Below are positions 21,023 through 31,627 of a stretch of DNA of 64,000 bases, in pieces (within the stretch, counting starts at the first letter, position 1; each line of letters opens with the position of its first letter). The position numbers were made by a program, and so were the translations under genes. Origin of the DNA: Arenicellales bacterium (GTDB lineage: Bacteria; Pseudomonadota; Gammaproteobacteria; Arenicellales; JAJDZL01); contig CBDBBP010000003.1 in NCBI GenBank assembly GCA_965202855.1, positions 400,941 to 464,940 on the forward strand, given 5' to 3'. The notes under the pieces were generated by a model, which saw only the letters and a program-made list of their open reading frames with translations, was not told the DNA's origin and ran no database searches.

Positions 21023-21790
21023 ATGCAATCTCGTTTTGACTTAACTGGGAAAACGGCTCTGATTACAGGCGCCTCAAGTGGGATTGGCAATCATTTTGCG
21101 AGAACGTTTGCATCAGTTGGCGCCAATGTCGTACTAACAGCGCGCAGAACTGATCGCTTAAAGGCGACCGTTGCAGAAATCAACAGCATGGGCTATGAAG
21201 CAGATTGGGCGAAACTCGACGTCACTAGTCGGGCGAGTGTCGACACTGCGTTTGCCAAATCAATCGAACGGTTTGGTAGAATTGACATAGTGGTAAACAA
21301 TGCAGGAATTGCGTCAACTTCCTATGCGCTTGATGTGTCTGAGTCCGATTGGGATCGTGTGATCGATACCAATCTAAAAGGAGCCTGGCTGGTTGCACAA
21401 CGAGCTGGACGACACATGGCAGGAGATCAAAACGGTGGGAGCGTGATCAATATCGTATCCATTCTTGGACGTCGCGTCATGGGTGGAGTTGCTCCCTATG
21501 CTGCAGCAAAAGCGGCTTTGGATCATCTGACTCGGATATTGGCGTACGAATGGGCGCGTTATGGTATTCGAGTGAATGCGATCGCACCCGGATATATTGT
21601 CACGGATATCAATCGAAATTATTTGGATTCGCCGAGTGGACAAAAAGCCCTTCGGAAAATACCACAAAAAAGATTTGGCCAACCGGAAGATTTAGACGGT
21701 GCGGTTTTGCTGCTTGCCAGCGACGCATCCTCGTACATGACGGGCAGTACGATCGTCGTGGATGGCGGGCACCTTCAGTCTTCTATGTAA
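21023..21790 (+). CDS. Short-chain dehydrogenase/reductase (SDR)
   Basis: 255 aa. TGASSGIG cofactor motif, NNAG, and catalytic YAAAK. Confidence 0.9.
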   Translation: MQSRFDLTGKTALITGASSGIGNHFARTFASVGANVVLTARRTDRLKATVAEINSMGYEADWAKLDVTSRASVDTAFAKSIERFGRIDIVVNNAGIASTSYALDVSESDWDRVIDTNLKGAWLVAQRAGRHMAGDQNGGSVINIVSILGRRVMGGVAPYAAAKAALDHLTRILAYEWARYGIRVNAIAPGYIVTDINRNYLDSPSGQKALRKIPQKRFGQPEDLDGAVLLLASDASSYMTGSTIVVDGGHLQSSM

Positions 21791-21811
21791 CAACACAACT
21801 ACTTTCTATTT

Positions 21812-23014
21812 ATGCACTTTGATTTAGACTCTAACGTTAAAGATTATCAGCGAAGAATTCGCGAATTTGTCAACGAACACATTATTCCAGTTGAATCGAT
21901 GCCGGATGCCTATGATGAGGGTGAAAATATCGCGGACTCGTATTTTCTGCCACTTCGAGAAAAAGCGCGCTCCGAAGGACTCTGGTGCCTGCAAATGCCG
22001 GAAGAACGAGGTGGATGTGGGCTGGACACCGTGGGTATGGCGGCCTGCTACGAAGAAATGGGACGCTCAATTTTTGGTCCAGTCGTATTCAATTGCGCCG
22101 CACCTGATGACGGCAACATGATCATTCTGGAACGTGTTGCAACTGCCGCTCAAAAAGAACGTTGGCTGCAGCCGATTATCGACGGAGATGTTCGTTCAGC
22201 CCTTGCCATGACTGAGCCAGCGCCTGGCTCTGGATCAGATCCTCTTGGAATGATGCTGACCAAAGCGGAAAAAAAACAAGACAAATGGATCGTTCATGGA
22301 CACAAGTGGTTCATTACTGGTGCCGGAGTTGCCCAACATTTCATATTGTTGGCTAGAACTTCCGATCATCCGCGAAAAGGATTGACCGCATTCTTGTTTG
22401 ACCGCGATGATCCCGGCTGGGAACTGGTGCGACGAGTGCCTATCATGGGGCCCGAAGAACACGGCGGTCATTGTGAGCTGAAGTTTGACGGCCTTGAAAT
22501 TCCCGACGAAAATCGGCTGATGGATGTTGGCGATGGAATGAAAGTTGTACAAATTCGATTGGGTACCGCACGATTGACTCACTGTATGCGATGGCTTGGA
22601 TTGTGTCGGCGAGCTTTGGAAATTGCAAGCGACTACGCAGGAAGTCGCAAAGCATTCGGCAAGTTATTGACTGATCACGAAGGTGTGCAGTGGATGTTGG
22701 GAGAAGCTGCCAGTCAAGTCCACATGGGACGCCTATTGACCATGCATGCTGCCTGGAAGTTGGCGCAAGGTGATTTCGCACGAAAGGAGGTTTCGATCGC
22801 GAAAGTTGTGGTGGCAGATACTCTTCATAGTGTTGTTGACACTGCAATCCAGCTTCTTGGAGCGAAAGGTTATTCGAAAGATACGATTTTGGAATGGATG
22901 TACCGCTACCAGCGTCAGTCCAGATTGGTAGACGGCGCGTCTGAAGTGCATAAAATGGTATTGTCAAGGTTTTACATGAAAGAAGGGGATGAGTTCTTTA
23001 GATGGGGCGTTTAG
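21812..23014 (+). CDS. Acyl-CoA dehydrogenase family protein
   Basis: 400 aa. ALAMTEPAPGSGSD and a three-domain ACAD layout, with the C-terminal helical domain ending RLVDGASEVH. Confidence 0.85.
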   Translation: MHFDLDSNVKDYQRRIREFVNEHIIPVESMPDAYDEGENIADSYFLPLREKARSEGLWCLQMPEERGGCGLDTVGMAACYEEMGRSIFGPVVFNCAAPDDGNMIILERVATAAQKERWLQPIIDGDVRSALAMTEPAPGSGSDPLGMMLTKAEKKQDKWIVHGHKWFITGAGVAQHFILLARTSDHPRKGLTAFLFDRDDPGWELVRRVPIMGPEEHGGHCELKFDGLEIPDENRLMDVGDGMKVVQIRLGTARLTHCMRWLGLCRRALEIASDYAGSRKAFGKLLTDHEGVQWMLGEAASQVHMGRLLTMHAAWKLAQGDFARKEVSIAKVVVADTLHSVVDTAIQLLGAKGYSKDTILEWMYRYQRQSRLVDGASEVHKMVLSRFYMKEGDEFFRWGV

Positions 23015-23035
23015 AGACTTGATTCTGAATTACTG

Positions 23036-26000
23036 ATGTTCGAAAACGTATCACTAGACGACAAATACACGAAACGATCCGGTCGTATCTTCATTTCCGG
23101 CATTCAGGCTTTGGTTCGGCTTCCTATGCTGCAATCTGCGCGGGACGCAGCAAATGGTTTAAGCACTGCCTGTTACATTTCAGGATATCGAGGCTCTCCG
23201 CTTGGAGCCTTTGATCTGCAGCTGTGGCAAGCAAAAGAATTCCTAGATCAACACAACATCGTCTTTCAGCCAGGGATCAACGAAGATCTCGCAGCTACGG
23301 CGCTTTGGGGCACGCAGCAAGCAGAAATAGACGGCTTTGGCAAGTTCGATGGTGTGTTTGGCATCTGGTACGGAAAAGGACCAGGTGTCGATCGATCAGG
23401 AGATGCATTTCGACATGCAAATCTCGCTGGAACATCTAGATATGGAGGGGTTTTGGCTGCGATGGGCGATGATCATGCATGTGAGTCATCGACGACAGCG
23501 CACCAAAGCGAATTTGCTCTTGTGGATGCCATGATGCCAATTTTGAATCCTTCTGGAGTTCAGGATATTTTGGACTTTGGCTTGATTGGCTGGGCGGTGT
23601 CGCGTTACTCAGGGTGCTGGGTAGGATTGAAGTGCGTCCATGACACGGTTGAATCGGCTGCGTCTGTGGACATCGAATTATCAAATCTTGAGTTTGATGT
23701 TCCAGAGGATTTTAAACTTCCGCCGGGTGGTTTGAACATTCGGTGGCCTGATACCCCGCTCCAGCAGGAACAGAGATTGCACCAGTACAAGCTGCCCGCG
23801 GTTGAAGCGTTTTGGCGAGCAAACAGCCTTGACAGAATTATTTTTGATCCACGTGACGCTCACTTTGGAATCGTAACCACAGGCAAGTCGTATTCAGATG
23901 TTCGGCGCGCTCTCAATGAACTGGGCATCAATGCGCAGTCAGCTCACAAAGCAGGAGTACGCTTATACAAAATCGCGATGAGCTGGCCGCTTGAACGAGA
24001 AGGACTGTACAAATTCGCGGAAGGCCTGCACAGAATATTAGTTGTAGAAGAAAAAAGAGGTCTTATTGAAGATCAAATCAAAACTTTGCTCTACGGTAGA
24101 GCCAATACACCTGTCGTTGTTGGCAAGTTCGATGAATCTGGCAACATTCTTCTGACATCAACTGCACGTCTTGAAGCGATGCATATTGCTTCAGTGATTG
24201 GACAGCAGCTTCTTTTACACGTGAATTCTGAATCCGTCAAGCTTCGGCTAGATCGAGTCTTTGCCAAAATCAACAAAGACTCAGACCAGTCGCCTCTTCA
24301 GCGGCTGCCGTATTTTTGTGCTGGATGTCCACACAACACATCGACCAAAGTGCCGGATGGGAGTATTGCCTTAGCCGGGATAGGCTGTCACTACATGGCA
24401 CAGTGGATGGATCGTTCGACAGCGCGATACACGCAGATGGGTGGTGAAGGCGCCAGTTGGATCGGAGAGAGCAAGTTTTCAAAACGCGAGCATGTTTATC
24501 AAAATGTAGGTGACGGCACTTATTTGCACTCAGGACTGTTGGCCATTCGAGCTGCTGTCGCATCGAACACCACGATGACATTCAAGCTTCTCTATAACGA
24601 CGCAGTGGCTATGACCGGCGGGCAACCTTTTGACGGTCCTCTTTCGGTTGCGCAAATTGCGCGCCAGCTGTTGGCAGAGGGGGTTCGGACGGTGACGGTG
24701 GTTACCGACGATGTTCACGGTTGTCGCGAGCGCAATAGCATTCCCACCGGTGTCGAGGTTCTGGATCGGAAAAATTTAGAATCTGTTCAGTTGGACCTAA
24801 GAAAACAACCCGGGGTGACTGCGATCATTTACGAACAAACCTGTGCCGCCGAAAAGCGTCGTCGAAGACGAAGAGGTGAGTACCCTGATCCACCGAAACG
24901 AGTATTCATCAATACGGCGGTGTGCGAAGGATGTGGAGATTGCGGAGTGCAGTCCAACTGTGTAGCGATCTTGCCACACGAAACCGAATTTGGCCGAAAG
25001 CGTCGTATTGATCAATCTGCGTGCAATAAAGATTACACCTGCGTCGAAGGATTCTGTCCCAGTTTTGTTACGGTACACGGAGGGCAATTGAGGAAACCTC
25101 ACTCAAGTGGAATCGTCAATTCCTCTGAATTGACAGATCTTCCTGAACCTGTGGTTGCGGATTTGAATAAGGAATACTGCATTGTAATCAATGGAGTGGG
25201 AGGTACTGGAGTACTCACTGTGAGTGCGATATTGGGAATGGCAGCTCATCTTTCGGAATTGGGCTGTTCCGTCTTGGACATGACGGGCCTAGCCCAAAAA
25301 GGCGGTTCGGTTATGAGCAATGTCATCATTGCCAAGACGCCTGAGGATATCTCGTCAATGCATGTCGCCAACGGTGGAGCCGACCTGATTTTGGGAGGCG
25401 ATCTTGTTGTGACTGCCAGCGAACTCGTGATTTCAACCGCGCAAGCAAACAAAACTCGTGCTGTTGTAAACGATTATGAAATGATGTCCGGTGATTTCAC
25501 CAGAATCAGCGATTTCCAATTGCCGGTCGTTCGAATGAAATCCATCATTAAAGATGCCGTCGGTGGTGCGAATGCAACATTCCTTAATACGAATCGGTAT
25601 ACAGAATCTCTTTTTGGAGACACGATTACATCGAACATTTTTCAGCTTGGAGTTGCCATTCAGCTTGGGTGTATTCCTATTCCCCTTCAAGCCATTGAAA
25701 GGGCGATTGAATTGAATGGAAAGTTAGTCGAAGTCAATAAGATGGCACTGCATCGAGGACGCCAATTTGTGGTGGATCAAGACAAACTGGACGAGGACCT
25801 TTCCAAACTTAAAGGCTGCGAGAAAAATCTCGAATCTTCTCAAACAAGAACTCTCGGCGAATTAATTGAGCATCGGGCAAAAATTTTAGTGAGCTACCAA
25901 AATCAAGTTTACGCAGAAAAATATCGCAATCAGGTTGCAATCGTAAAGGAAGCAGAACGCAAGAAATCGCCCGGTATAAGAGGCTTGTCAGAAAGTGTTG

Positions 26001-26506
26001 CGAAGAATTACTTTAAACTTTTAGCCTATAAAGATGAGTATGAAGTTGCTAGGCTTTTTACCGAACCGGAATTTCTGCGGGATTTAGAAGCGCAGTTTGA
26101 AGGGGATTACAAGCTCCAATTTCACATGGCGCCACCGATACTGGGCCGAAAAAACGGTGTAAGCGGAGAGCCCGTAAAGTCCCAATTTGGGCCGTGGATG
26201 ATGAAACTTCTAGGGGTGCTGGCAAAGTTTAAGTTTCTCCGTGGCAGCATGCTGGATCCATTTGCACGGTCGAAAGATAGAAAGTTGGAACGAAATTTAA
26301 TTTCCGAGTATGAGTCTGTATTAAGGGAAATTGTGGATAATCTTGAAGTCGAAAATCATGCGCTGGCTGTTCAAATTTCGAGTTATCCAGAACTGATTCG
26401 AGGTTATGGGCACATAAAGCGTCGACACGTCGATGCCTGCGCGAAAAATGTGGCGGAACAGCTGTCTAAATTTAAAGATGGCGTACCTGCCCGCGACGCT
26501 GCGTAA
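23036..26506 (+). CDS. Indolepyruvate ferredoxin oxidoreductase family protein (fused alpha/beta, 2-oxoacid:ferredoxin oxidoreductase)
   Basis: 1156 aa. Ferredoxin-like Cys clusters CAGCPHN and CEGCGDCGVQSNC...CNKDYTCVEGFCPSF, a ThDP-binding region, and a length typical of the fused proteobacterial form. Confidence 0.85.
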   Translation: MFENVSLDDKYTKRSGRIFISGIQALVRLPMLQSARDAANGLSTACYISGYRGSPLGAFDLQLWQAKEFLDQHNIVFQPGINEDLAATALWGTQQAEIDGFGKFDGVFGIWYGKGPGVDRSGDAFRHANLAGTSRYGGVLAAMGDDHACESSTTAHQSEFALVDAMMPILNPSGVQDILDFGLIGWAVSRYSGCWVGLKCVHDTVESAASVDIELSNLEFDVPEDFKLPPGGLNIRWPDTPLQQEQRLHQYKLPAVEAFWRANSLDRIIFDPRDAHFGIVTTGKSYSDVRRALNELGINAQSAHKAGVRLYKIAMSWPLEREGLYKFAEGLHRILVVEEKRGLIEDQIKTLLYGRANTPVVVGKFDESGNILLTSTARLEAMHIASVIGQQLLLHVNSESVKLRLDRVFAKINKDSDQSPLQRLPYFCAGCPHNTSTKVPDGSIALAGIGCHYMAQWMDRSTARYTQMGGEGASWIGESKFSKREHVYQNVGDGTYLHSGLLAIRAAVASNTTMTFKLLYNDAVAMTGGQPFDGPLSVAQIARQLLAEGVRTVTVVTDDVHGCRERNSIPTGVEVLDRKNLESVQLDLRKQPGVTAIIYEQTCAAEKRRRRRRGEYPDPPKRVFINTAVCEGCGDCGVQSNCVAILPHETEFGRKRRIDQSACNKDYTCVEGFCPSFVTVHGGQLRKPHSSGIVNSSELTDLPEPVVADLNKEYCIVINGVGGTGVLTVSAILGMAAHLSELGCSVLDMTGLAQKGGSVMSNVIIAKTPEDISSMHVANGGADLILGGDLVVTASELVISTAQANKTRAVVNDYEMMSGDFTRISDFQLPVVRMKSIIKDAVGGANATFLNTNRYTESLFGDTITSNIFQLGVAIQLGCIPIPLQAIERAIELNGKLVEVNKMALHRGRQFVVDQDKLDEDLSKLKGCEKNLESSQTRTLGELIEHRAKILVSYQNQVYAEKYRNQVAIVKEAERKKSPGIRGLSESVAKNYFKLLAYKDEYEVARLFTEPEFLRDLEAQFEGDYKLQFHMAPPILGRKNGVSGEPVKSQFGPWMMKLLGVLAKFKFLRGSMLDPFARSKDRKLERNLISEYESVLREIVDNLEVENHALAVQISSYPELIRGYGHIKRRHVDACAKNVAEQLSKFKDGVPARDAA

Positions 26507-26534
26507 TCAAATCAATTTTTAAAGGACTTAACAA

Positions 26535-27719
26535 ATGTTACGGAAAACGAAAGAAACATTTTCTTGGGTTGACCCCTTTCGACTGGAAGACCAGTTGGAT
26601 GAGTCTGAGCGACTTGTGCAAAACTCAGTACGTCGCTATGCCGAAGAATCTCTTTTGCCCAGAATCATTGAAGCCAACCGCAACGAGGTGTTCAATGTTG
26701 AAATCGCGGCAGAAATGGGTGAGCTTGGACTATTAGGACCAACCATTGATGGCTACGGTTGCGCAGGATTGAACAATGTCTGTTATGGCTTGATTGCGCG
26801 TGAAATTGAACGAATCGACAGTGGTTATCGTTCGTTTATGAGCGTACAATCTTCACTGGTTATGTTCCCAATTCACGCTTATGGGAGTGACGACCAGCGC
26901 GAGAATTACTTGCCGCGGCTCGCAGCTGGAAAAATAATTGGTTGTTTTGGGCTAACAGAGCCAGACCACGGTTCTGATCCTGGAGGCATGAAGACTCGAG
27001 CGAGAAAAGTGGAATCCGGCTACGTTCTATCGGGAGAAAAGACGTGGATTTCCAACGCTCCGATCGCAGATTTATTTGTTATTTGGGGCAAGGACGATGA
27101 CGGAGTTGTACGTGGATTTTTACTTGAGAAGAACTTCTCAGGATTGGAGACCTCTAAAATACAGGGAAAGTTTTCGCTTCGGTCTTCGGCAACAGGCAGC
27201 GTTTTTATGAATGACGTGTTCGTTCCTGAAGACAATGTATTGCCAACAGCGTTTGGACTGAAAGCGCCGTTTTCGTGCTTGAGCAAAGCGCGTTTTGGCA
27301 TTAGCTGGGGAGCGCTTGGCGCGGCTGAATTTTGTTGGCACGCGGCTTTAGAGTATGCGATGAATCGAAAACAGTTCGGACGGCCGATCGCCGCTACACA
27401 GCTCATTCAGAAAAAATTAGCCGACATGCAAACTGAGATTGCATTGGGATTGCAAGGTTGTCTGCGAGCTGGTCGTATGATGGATGAAGGAAAATTACCA
27501 CATGAATTAATCAGCCTGTTAAAACGCAATAATGCGGGGAAGGCATTGGACATTGCAAGAATGGCTCGCGATATTCACGGAGGCAACGGTATTTGCGACG
27601 AGTTTCACGTCATTCGACATTGTATGAATTTAGAAACTGTCAACACGTATGAAGGAACACATGATATCCACGCGCTGATTCTAGGCAAGGCTCAGACTGG
27701 AATTTCTGCATTCAATTAA
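26535..27719 (+). CDS. gcdH: Glutaryl-CoA dehydrogenase
   Basis: 394 aa. N-terminal [13 protein letters not shown]...[16 protein letters not shown] and [13 protein letters not shown], all typical of GcdH-type ACADs. Confidence 0.85.
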   Translation: MLRKTKETFSWVDPFRLEDQLDESERLVQNSVRRYAEESLLPRIIEANRNEVFNVEIAAEMGELGLLGPTIDGYGCAGLNNVCYGLIAREIERIDSGYRSFMSVQSSLVMFPIHAYGSDDQRENYLPRLAAGKIIGCFGLTEPDHGSDPGGMKTRARKVESGYVLSGEKTWISNAPIADLFVIWGKDDDGVVRGFLLEKNFSGLETSKIQGKFSLRSSATGSVFMNDVFVPEDNVLPTAFGLKAPFSCLSKARFGISWGALGAAEFCWHAALEYAMNRKQFGRPIAATQLIQKKLADMQTEIALGLQGCLRAGRMMDEGKLPHELISLLKRNNAGKALDIARMARDIHGGNGICDEFHVIRHCMNLETVNTYEGTHDIHALILGKAQTGISAFN

Positions 27720-27732
27720 TTAGGGAGATGAA

Positions 27733-29190
27733 ATGAGTAGACATTTAAGTGATACGTCACTGCTGCGAGAAAAATGTTACATCAACGGTCAGTGGGTTGA
27801 TGCGGATGACGGTGAAGTCATTCAAGTTACGAACCCTTCAAACAACAAAATTATCGGGACTGTACCAAAGCTAGGCTCCGCAGAAACGAAAAGAGCAATT
27901 GATGCTGCCGATTCTGCATATCAATCCTGGCGCCACACGACAGCCAAACAACGCTCGGATCTCTTACGCGCTTTCGCTGACGCGATTGTTGAAAATAAAG
28001 AAGACTTGGCCGCATTGATGACACTTGAGCAAGGTAAACCTCTCATTGAATCGCAAGGCGAAGTTCTCTACTCCGCTTCGTTTTTTGAATGGTTTGCAGA
28101 GGAAAGTCGCCGAGTGTATGGAGATGTTATCCCTACAAATCTACCGGATCGCAGAATTGTGGTGATCAAAGAACCAATTGGGGTATGCGCTGCCATTACA
28201 CCCTGGAATTTCCCCTCGGCGATGATCTCCCGCAAAGCAGGTCCTGCGCTCGCAGCGGGGTGTACGATTGTGATCAAGCCAGCCAGTTCAACGCCGTATT
28301 CCGCTCTTGCTTTATGTGTACTTGCTGAACGGATCGGCATACCCGCAGGAGTGATTAACGTAGTTACTGGAAACTCGAGGATGATCGGTGGGGAATTGAC
28401 TTCCAATCCAATCGTGAGAAAACTAAGCTTCACCGGTTCGACTCATGTCGGCAAGATATTAATGAAACAGTGTGCCGATACAGTCAAAAAGTTGTCTCTG
28501 GAACTTGGTGGAAATTCACCTTTCATCGTTTTTGAAGATGCTGATATTGATGAAGCGATCAGTGGCGCTTTACTGTGTAAATATCGAAATTCAGGTCAGA
28601 CCTGCGTTTGTGCAAACCGTTTTCTTGTTCACGCTCGAGTGTATGACGAATTTACGGAGAAGCTAGCCACAGCAGTTTCCAAAATGAGGATCGGTGATGG
28701 ATTCGGAAACGGAATTGAGTTAGGTCCACTGATTGACGCTGCTGCTGTGCAAAAGGTTGAAGAACACATCATGGATGCAGTTGGCAAAGGCGCGAAGGTC
28801 GTTGTAGGCGGATCCAGACACGAAATGGGAGGAACTTTTTTTCAGCCTACCGTACTTACCAATGTTCGCGTTAACATGGCAGTCGCGAATGAAGAAACTT
28901 TCGGACCGCTCGCTCCCTTGTTCAAATTCGAAAGTGACGAAGAAGCGATCCAAATGGCAAACGATACAGAGTTTGGACTTGCTGCATATTTATATAGTCG
29001 TGACATTGGCCGAATTTGGCGAATTTCAGAAGCGCTCGAATACGGAATAGTCGGTATCAACACTGGAATCATTTCGACAGAAGTTGCTCCGTTCGGTGGC
29101 ATGAAGGAGTCTGGATTTGGTCGTGAAGGTTCTAAATATGGACTAGACGAGTACCTTGAAATCAAGTATTTGAGCATGGCTGGAATCTAA
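27733..29190 (+). CDS. gabD: Succinate-/glutarate-semialdehyde dehydrogenase (NAD(P)+)
   Basis: 485 aa, collinear with E. coli GabD (INGQWVDA..VTNP, MTLEQGKPL). Catalytic LELGGNSP and GQTCVCANR. Confidence 0.85.
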   Translation: MSRHLSDTSLLREKCYINGQWVDADDGEVIQVTNPSNNKIIGTVPKLGSAETKRAIDAADSAYQSWRHTTAKQRSDLLRAFADAIVENKEDLAALMTLEQGKPLIESQGEVLYSASFFEWFAEESRRVYGDVIPTNLPDRRIVVIKEPIGVCAAITPWNFPSAMISRKAGPALAAGCTIVIKPASSTPYSALALCVLAERIGIPAGVINVVTGNSRMIGGELTSNPIVRKLSFTGSTHVGKILMKQCADTVKKLSLELGGNSPFIVFEDADIDEAISGALLCKYRNSGQTCVCANRFLVHARVYDEFTEKLATAVSKMRIGDGFGNGIELGPLIDAAAVQKVEEHIMDAVGKGAKVVVGGSRHEMGGTFFQPTVLTNVRVNMAVANEETFGPLAPLFKFESDEEAIQMANDTEFGLAAYLYSRDIGRIWRISEALEYGIVGINTGIISTEVAPFGGMKESGFGREGSKYGLDEYLEIKYLSMAGI

Positions 29191-29212
29191 TCTTTCTAAT
29201 TAGAACGCTTCT

Positions 29213-29812
29213 GTGGACTCATCTCGCATCCAATCGTTTGAAGATCCGTTCGAGTTATTTGCAAGGTGGATGGATGATGCTTTAAAGGCAGGATTCGCAG
29301 AACCTTATGCAATGACCATTGCCACTGTGGGAGCCAACGGCAGACCTTCCGCTCGACAGGTTCTGCTGAAGTCGTATGGATTGTCACAGTTTGTTTTTTA
29401 TACAAATTATGAGAGTCGGAAATCCTCTGAATTGGATCATGTCCCATTTGCCAGTGCAGTTTTTTGGTGGGATAAGCTTTACCGTCAAGTTCGAATCGAA
29501 GGCAAAGTTCAAAAAATTTCAGAAGTAGAGTCCGACGAATATTTTGCGACTCGACCAAGGGGAAGTCAGATCAGTGCATGGGCATCTCCTCAAAGTCAAC
29601 CTATAGGAGATTTTGAAGATTTGATGCGACGATTTACTGAGTTAGAAAAACAATTTCAAAGTCGTTCGGTTCCGCGTCCTTCAAATTGGGGTGGATATCG
29701 GATTATTCCAGATTCAATCGAATTTTGGCAGGGACGCAAGGATCGATTGCATGAACGATTGCGATATCAACTGAAAAACGACACATGGGTTACTGGCTTA
29801 CTTGCTCCTTGA
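29213..29812 (+). CDS. pdxH: Pyridoxamine 5'-phosphate oxidase
   Basis: 199 aa. RQVLLK, IEFWQGRKDRLHERLRY and a terminal LLAP. GTG start. Confidence 0.9.
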   Translation: MDSSRIQSFEDPFELFARWMDDALKAGFAEPYAMTIATVGANGRPSARQVLLKSYGLSQFVFYTNYESRKSSELDHVPFASAVFWWDKLYRQVRIEGKVQKISEVESDEYFATRPRGSQISAWASPQSQPIGDFEDLMRRFTELEKQFQSRSVPRPSNWGGYRIIPDSIEFWQGRKDRLHERLRYQLKNDTWVTGLLAP

Positions 29813-30512
29813 GTACAAATTTAATTCGTATCGAATAGTTTAATTTCTCGTACAACAATTTGAACGAATAAATTTTTTCCTTCGTTATTTAATTTACTTA
29901 GTGAACAGTAAAATTGTATTTTCACTAAGACTTTATTTGATTTCTTCCGAGTTCACCATTGGAATAAGCCCCAAGCTTTTCCGAAAGTTTTTCTTGGGCA
30001 ATAGATCGTTAATTCGAGTGAGGTTTATTTGAGATCACACGAGGAAATTTGGTTGATCAATGTCCAAATTCTGCGCTACTATTACGGTCGAGGTTCAAAC
30101 TTATAAGCGTTGCCAATTTTCAAAGACGTTTTATTCTTTCTGCAACCCTAGTGAGTAGCTTCAATGCCTAAAAATATTGAAATTGCGCAATTTGAATTGT
30201 CAAACAATTTCGGCATTGCCTGCACAATGGAGCATAAAACTCTCGATTCTACTTTGACAAATTGGAGATGAATTAATGATGAAAGCAACACATAAAATCT
30301 GAGGAGAATCCATGATGATGCAATGGATTTCACCTAGGTGGAAATATCGCGGCAGATCCTATCGAAACGTGTCACCATTAGAGGTGCTAAATTGTGACCG
30401 CAAGTGAACTCTCAATACATTATTCGGGATCATCTTGGATGAAGATCAATTGTCTTTAGTCTAATTGAAGGAAATTCAAGTCAAATTTGGCAGATTTTCG
30501 AGGAGTTAGGCA

Positions 30513-31316
30513 ATGAAAAAAGTGGAAAATCCGCAAAATCATTTTGGCAAGACAGCGATTGTCGACATATATATTAGTTCGAAGTTTCGCGACGACATTC
30601 CGGCGCAGCTAAAATGCCTGCAACTTATTTACACTAAAGAACGCTGGTGTCAGAGGGTGTTTGAACTGTTGCTGGAAAAAGTTCGACCGGGGATGGTTGT
30701 GAAAGTGGGTTAGCCGAGCATGAACTTGTGGCGGATTTTAGTGCTGGCGGTTTTGTAACAAGGTTTAGATTGCGCCTTTGACTGTTTGCAGGAACTAGCC
30801 AACGAGCACCGGACGTAGCGTAAGATGCTGGGAAATAGCGACGGAATTGATCCCGAGCAGTAGAGTTATCAAGAGTAGCAGATGCTGTTCAACAATGTGT
30901 AGTTGCTAAGTCTGGAGTTGTTGTCCGAGATTAGTGAGGTAATGCGAAATTAGCCTGGTGAGCTAATGTGCTGGCGAATTGACAGTTATGTCATTGAGAC
31001 CGATTTTTGGCACCCAACATATGTCGGATTGATTCGTCACGCAACTTGTTGTGATATGCGAAAATTGGTTAAGAAAAGGTGCGTTTGCGAGCCGCCTTAT
31101 GCATCAACATCGCTCCGACTTGACCTGCTAGCCGCTCAGTCGCAGCGAGCAGAGATGGCTTTGTCTGCAAAACTGACCGTTCCAGAAAAATTGGAGAAAT
31201 CTGCTGCAAGTGAAAGATGTCACCGTTTAATTTTGAGACACAATTTATCACGGTCCGTCATCAAATTCACTTGGAATATTTACGACATTTTTTTGAATGT
31301 CGAAGTTTTCTGACAG
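30513..31316 (+). pseudogene. Relic of an IS5/IS1182/ISNCY-type transposase (N-terminal half only), riddled with in-frame stops
   Basis: A single reading frame gives G*PSMNLWRILVLAVL*QGLDCAFDCLQELANEHRT*RKMLG (DUF772-like N-domain) and CWRIDSYVIETDFWHPTYVGLI (compare DSTvvEtnvhyPTDsgLL). Stops lie at 30711, 30756, 30816, 30861, 30876, 30900 and 30951. No DDE core follows. Confidence 0.55.
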
Positions 31317-31627
31317 ACGCTAAATGATACGAGACTAACCAAGGCTACTTTCGAACGAGTGTCGAGCTCATGTTATGATGGTGGAATCACTTCGAGCTAA
31401 AGAGTCACACTAATCATAATCAGGTGTTCTTAGTTTATTGCAGATCTTATTCGTTCGTTTTACAAGCACCCTTTGATTGAATCAATGGGTGCTGGAACTA
31501 GCCCCTTTCAGTTATCACTAAAATTAACATCTAGACAGTTTATAGGAAATGCCTTATGAAACTAAATTCAAAAATGGAATTTATTGTGACAGCAAGATAA
31601 AATCCTGCTTAAATAAGATTACACTCC

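Noticed and set aside
29813-30512. tRNA or attachment site at the island borders (also examined at 47667-48381 and 59407-60884)
   Set aside because: I could not find a T-loop (GTTCGAATC-like with flanking complementary arms) or a cloverleaf by eye, and no integrase gene is present. A tRNAscan/Aragorn run is needed to be certain.
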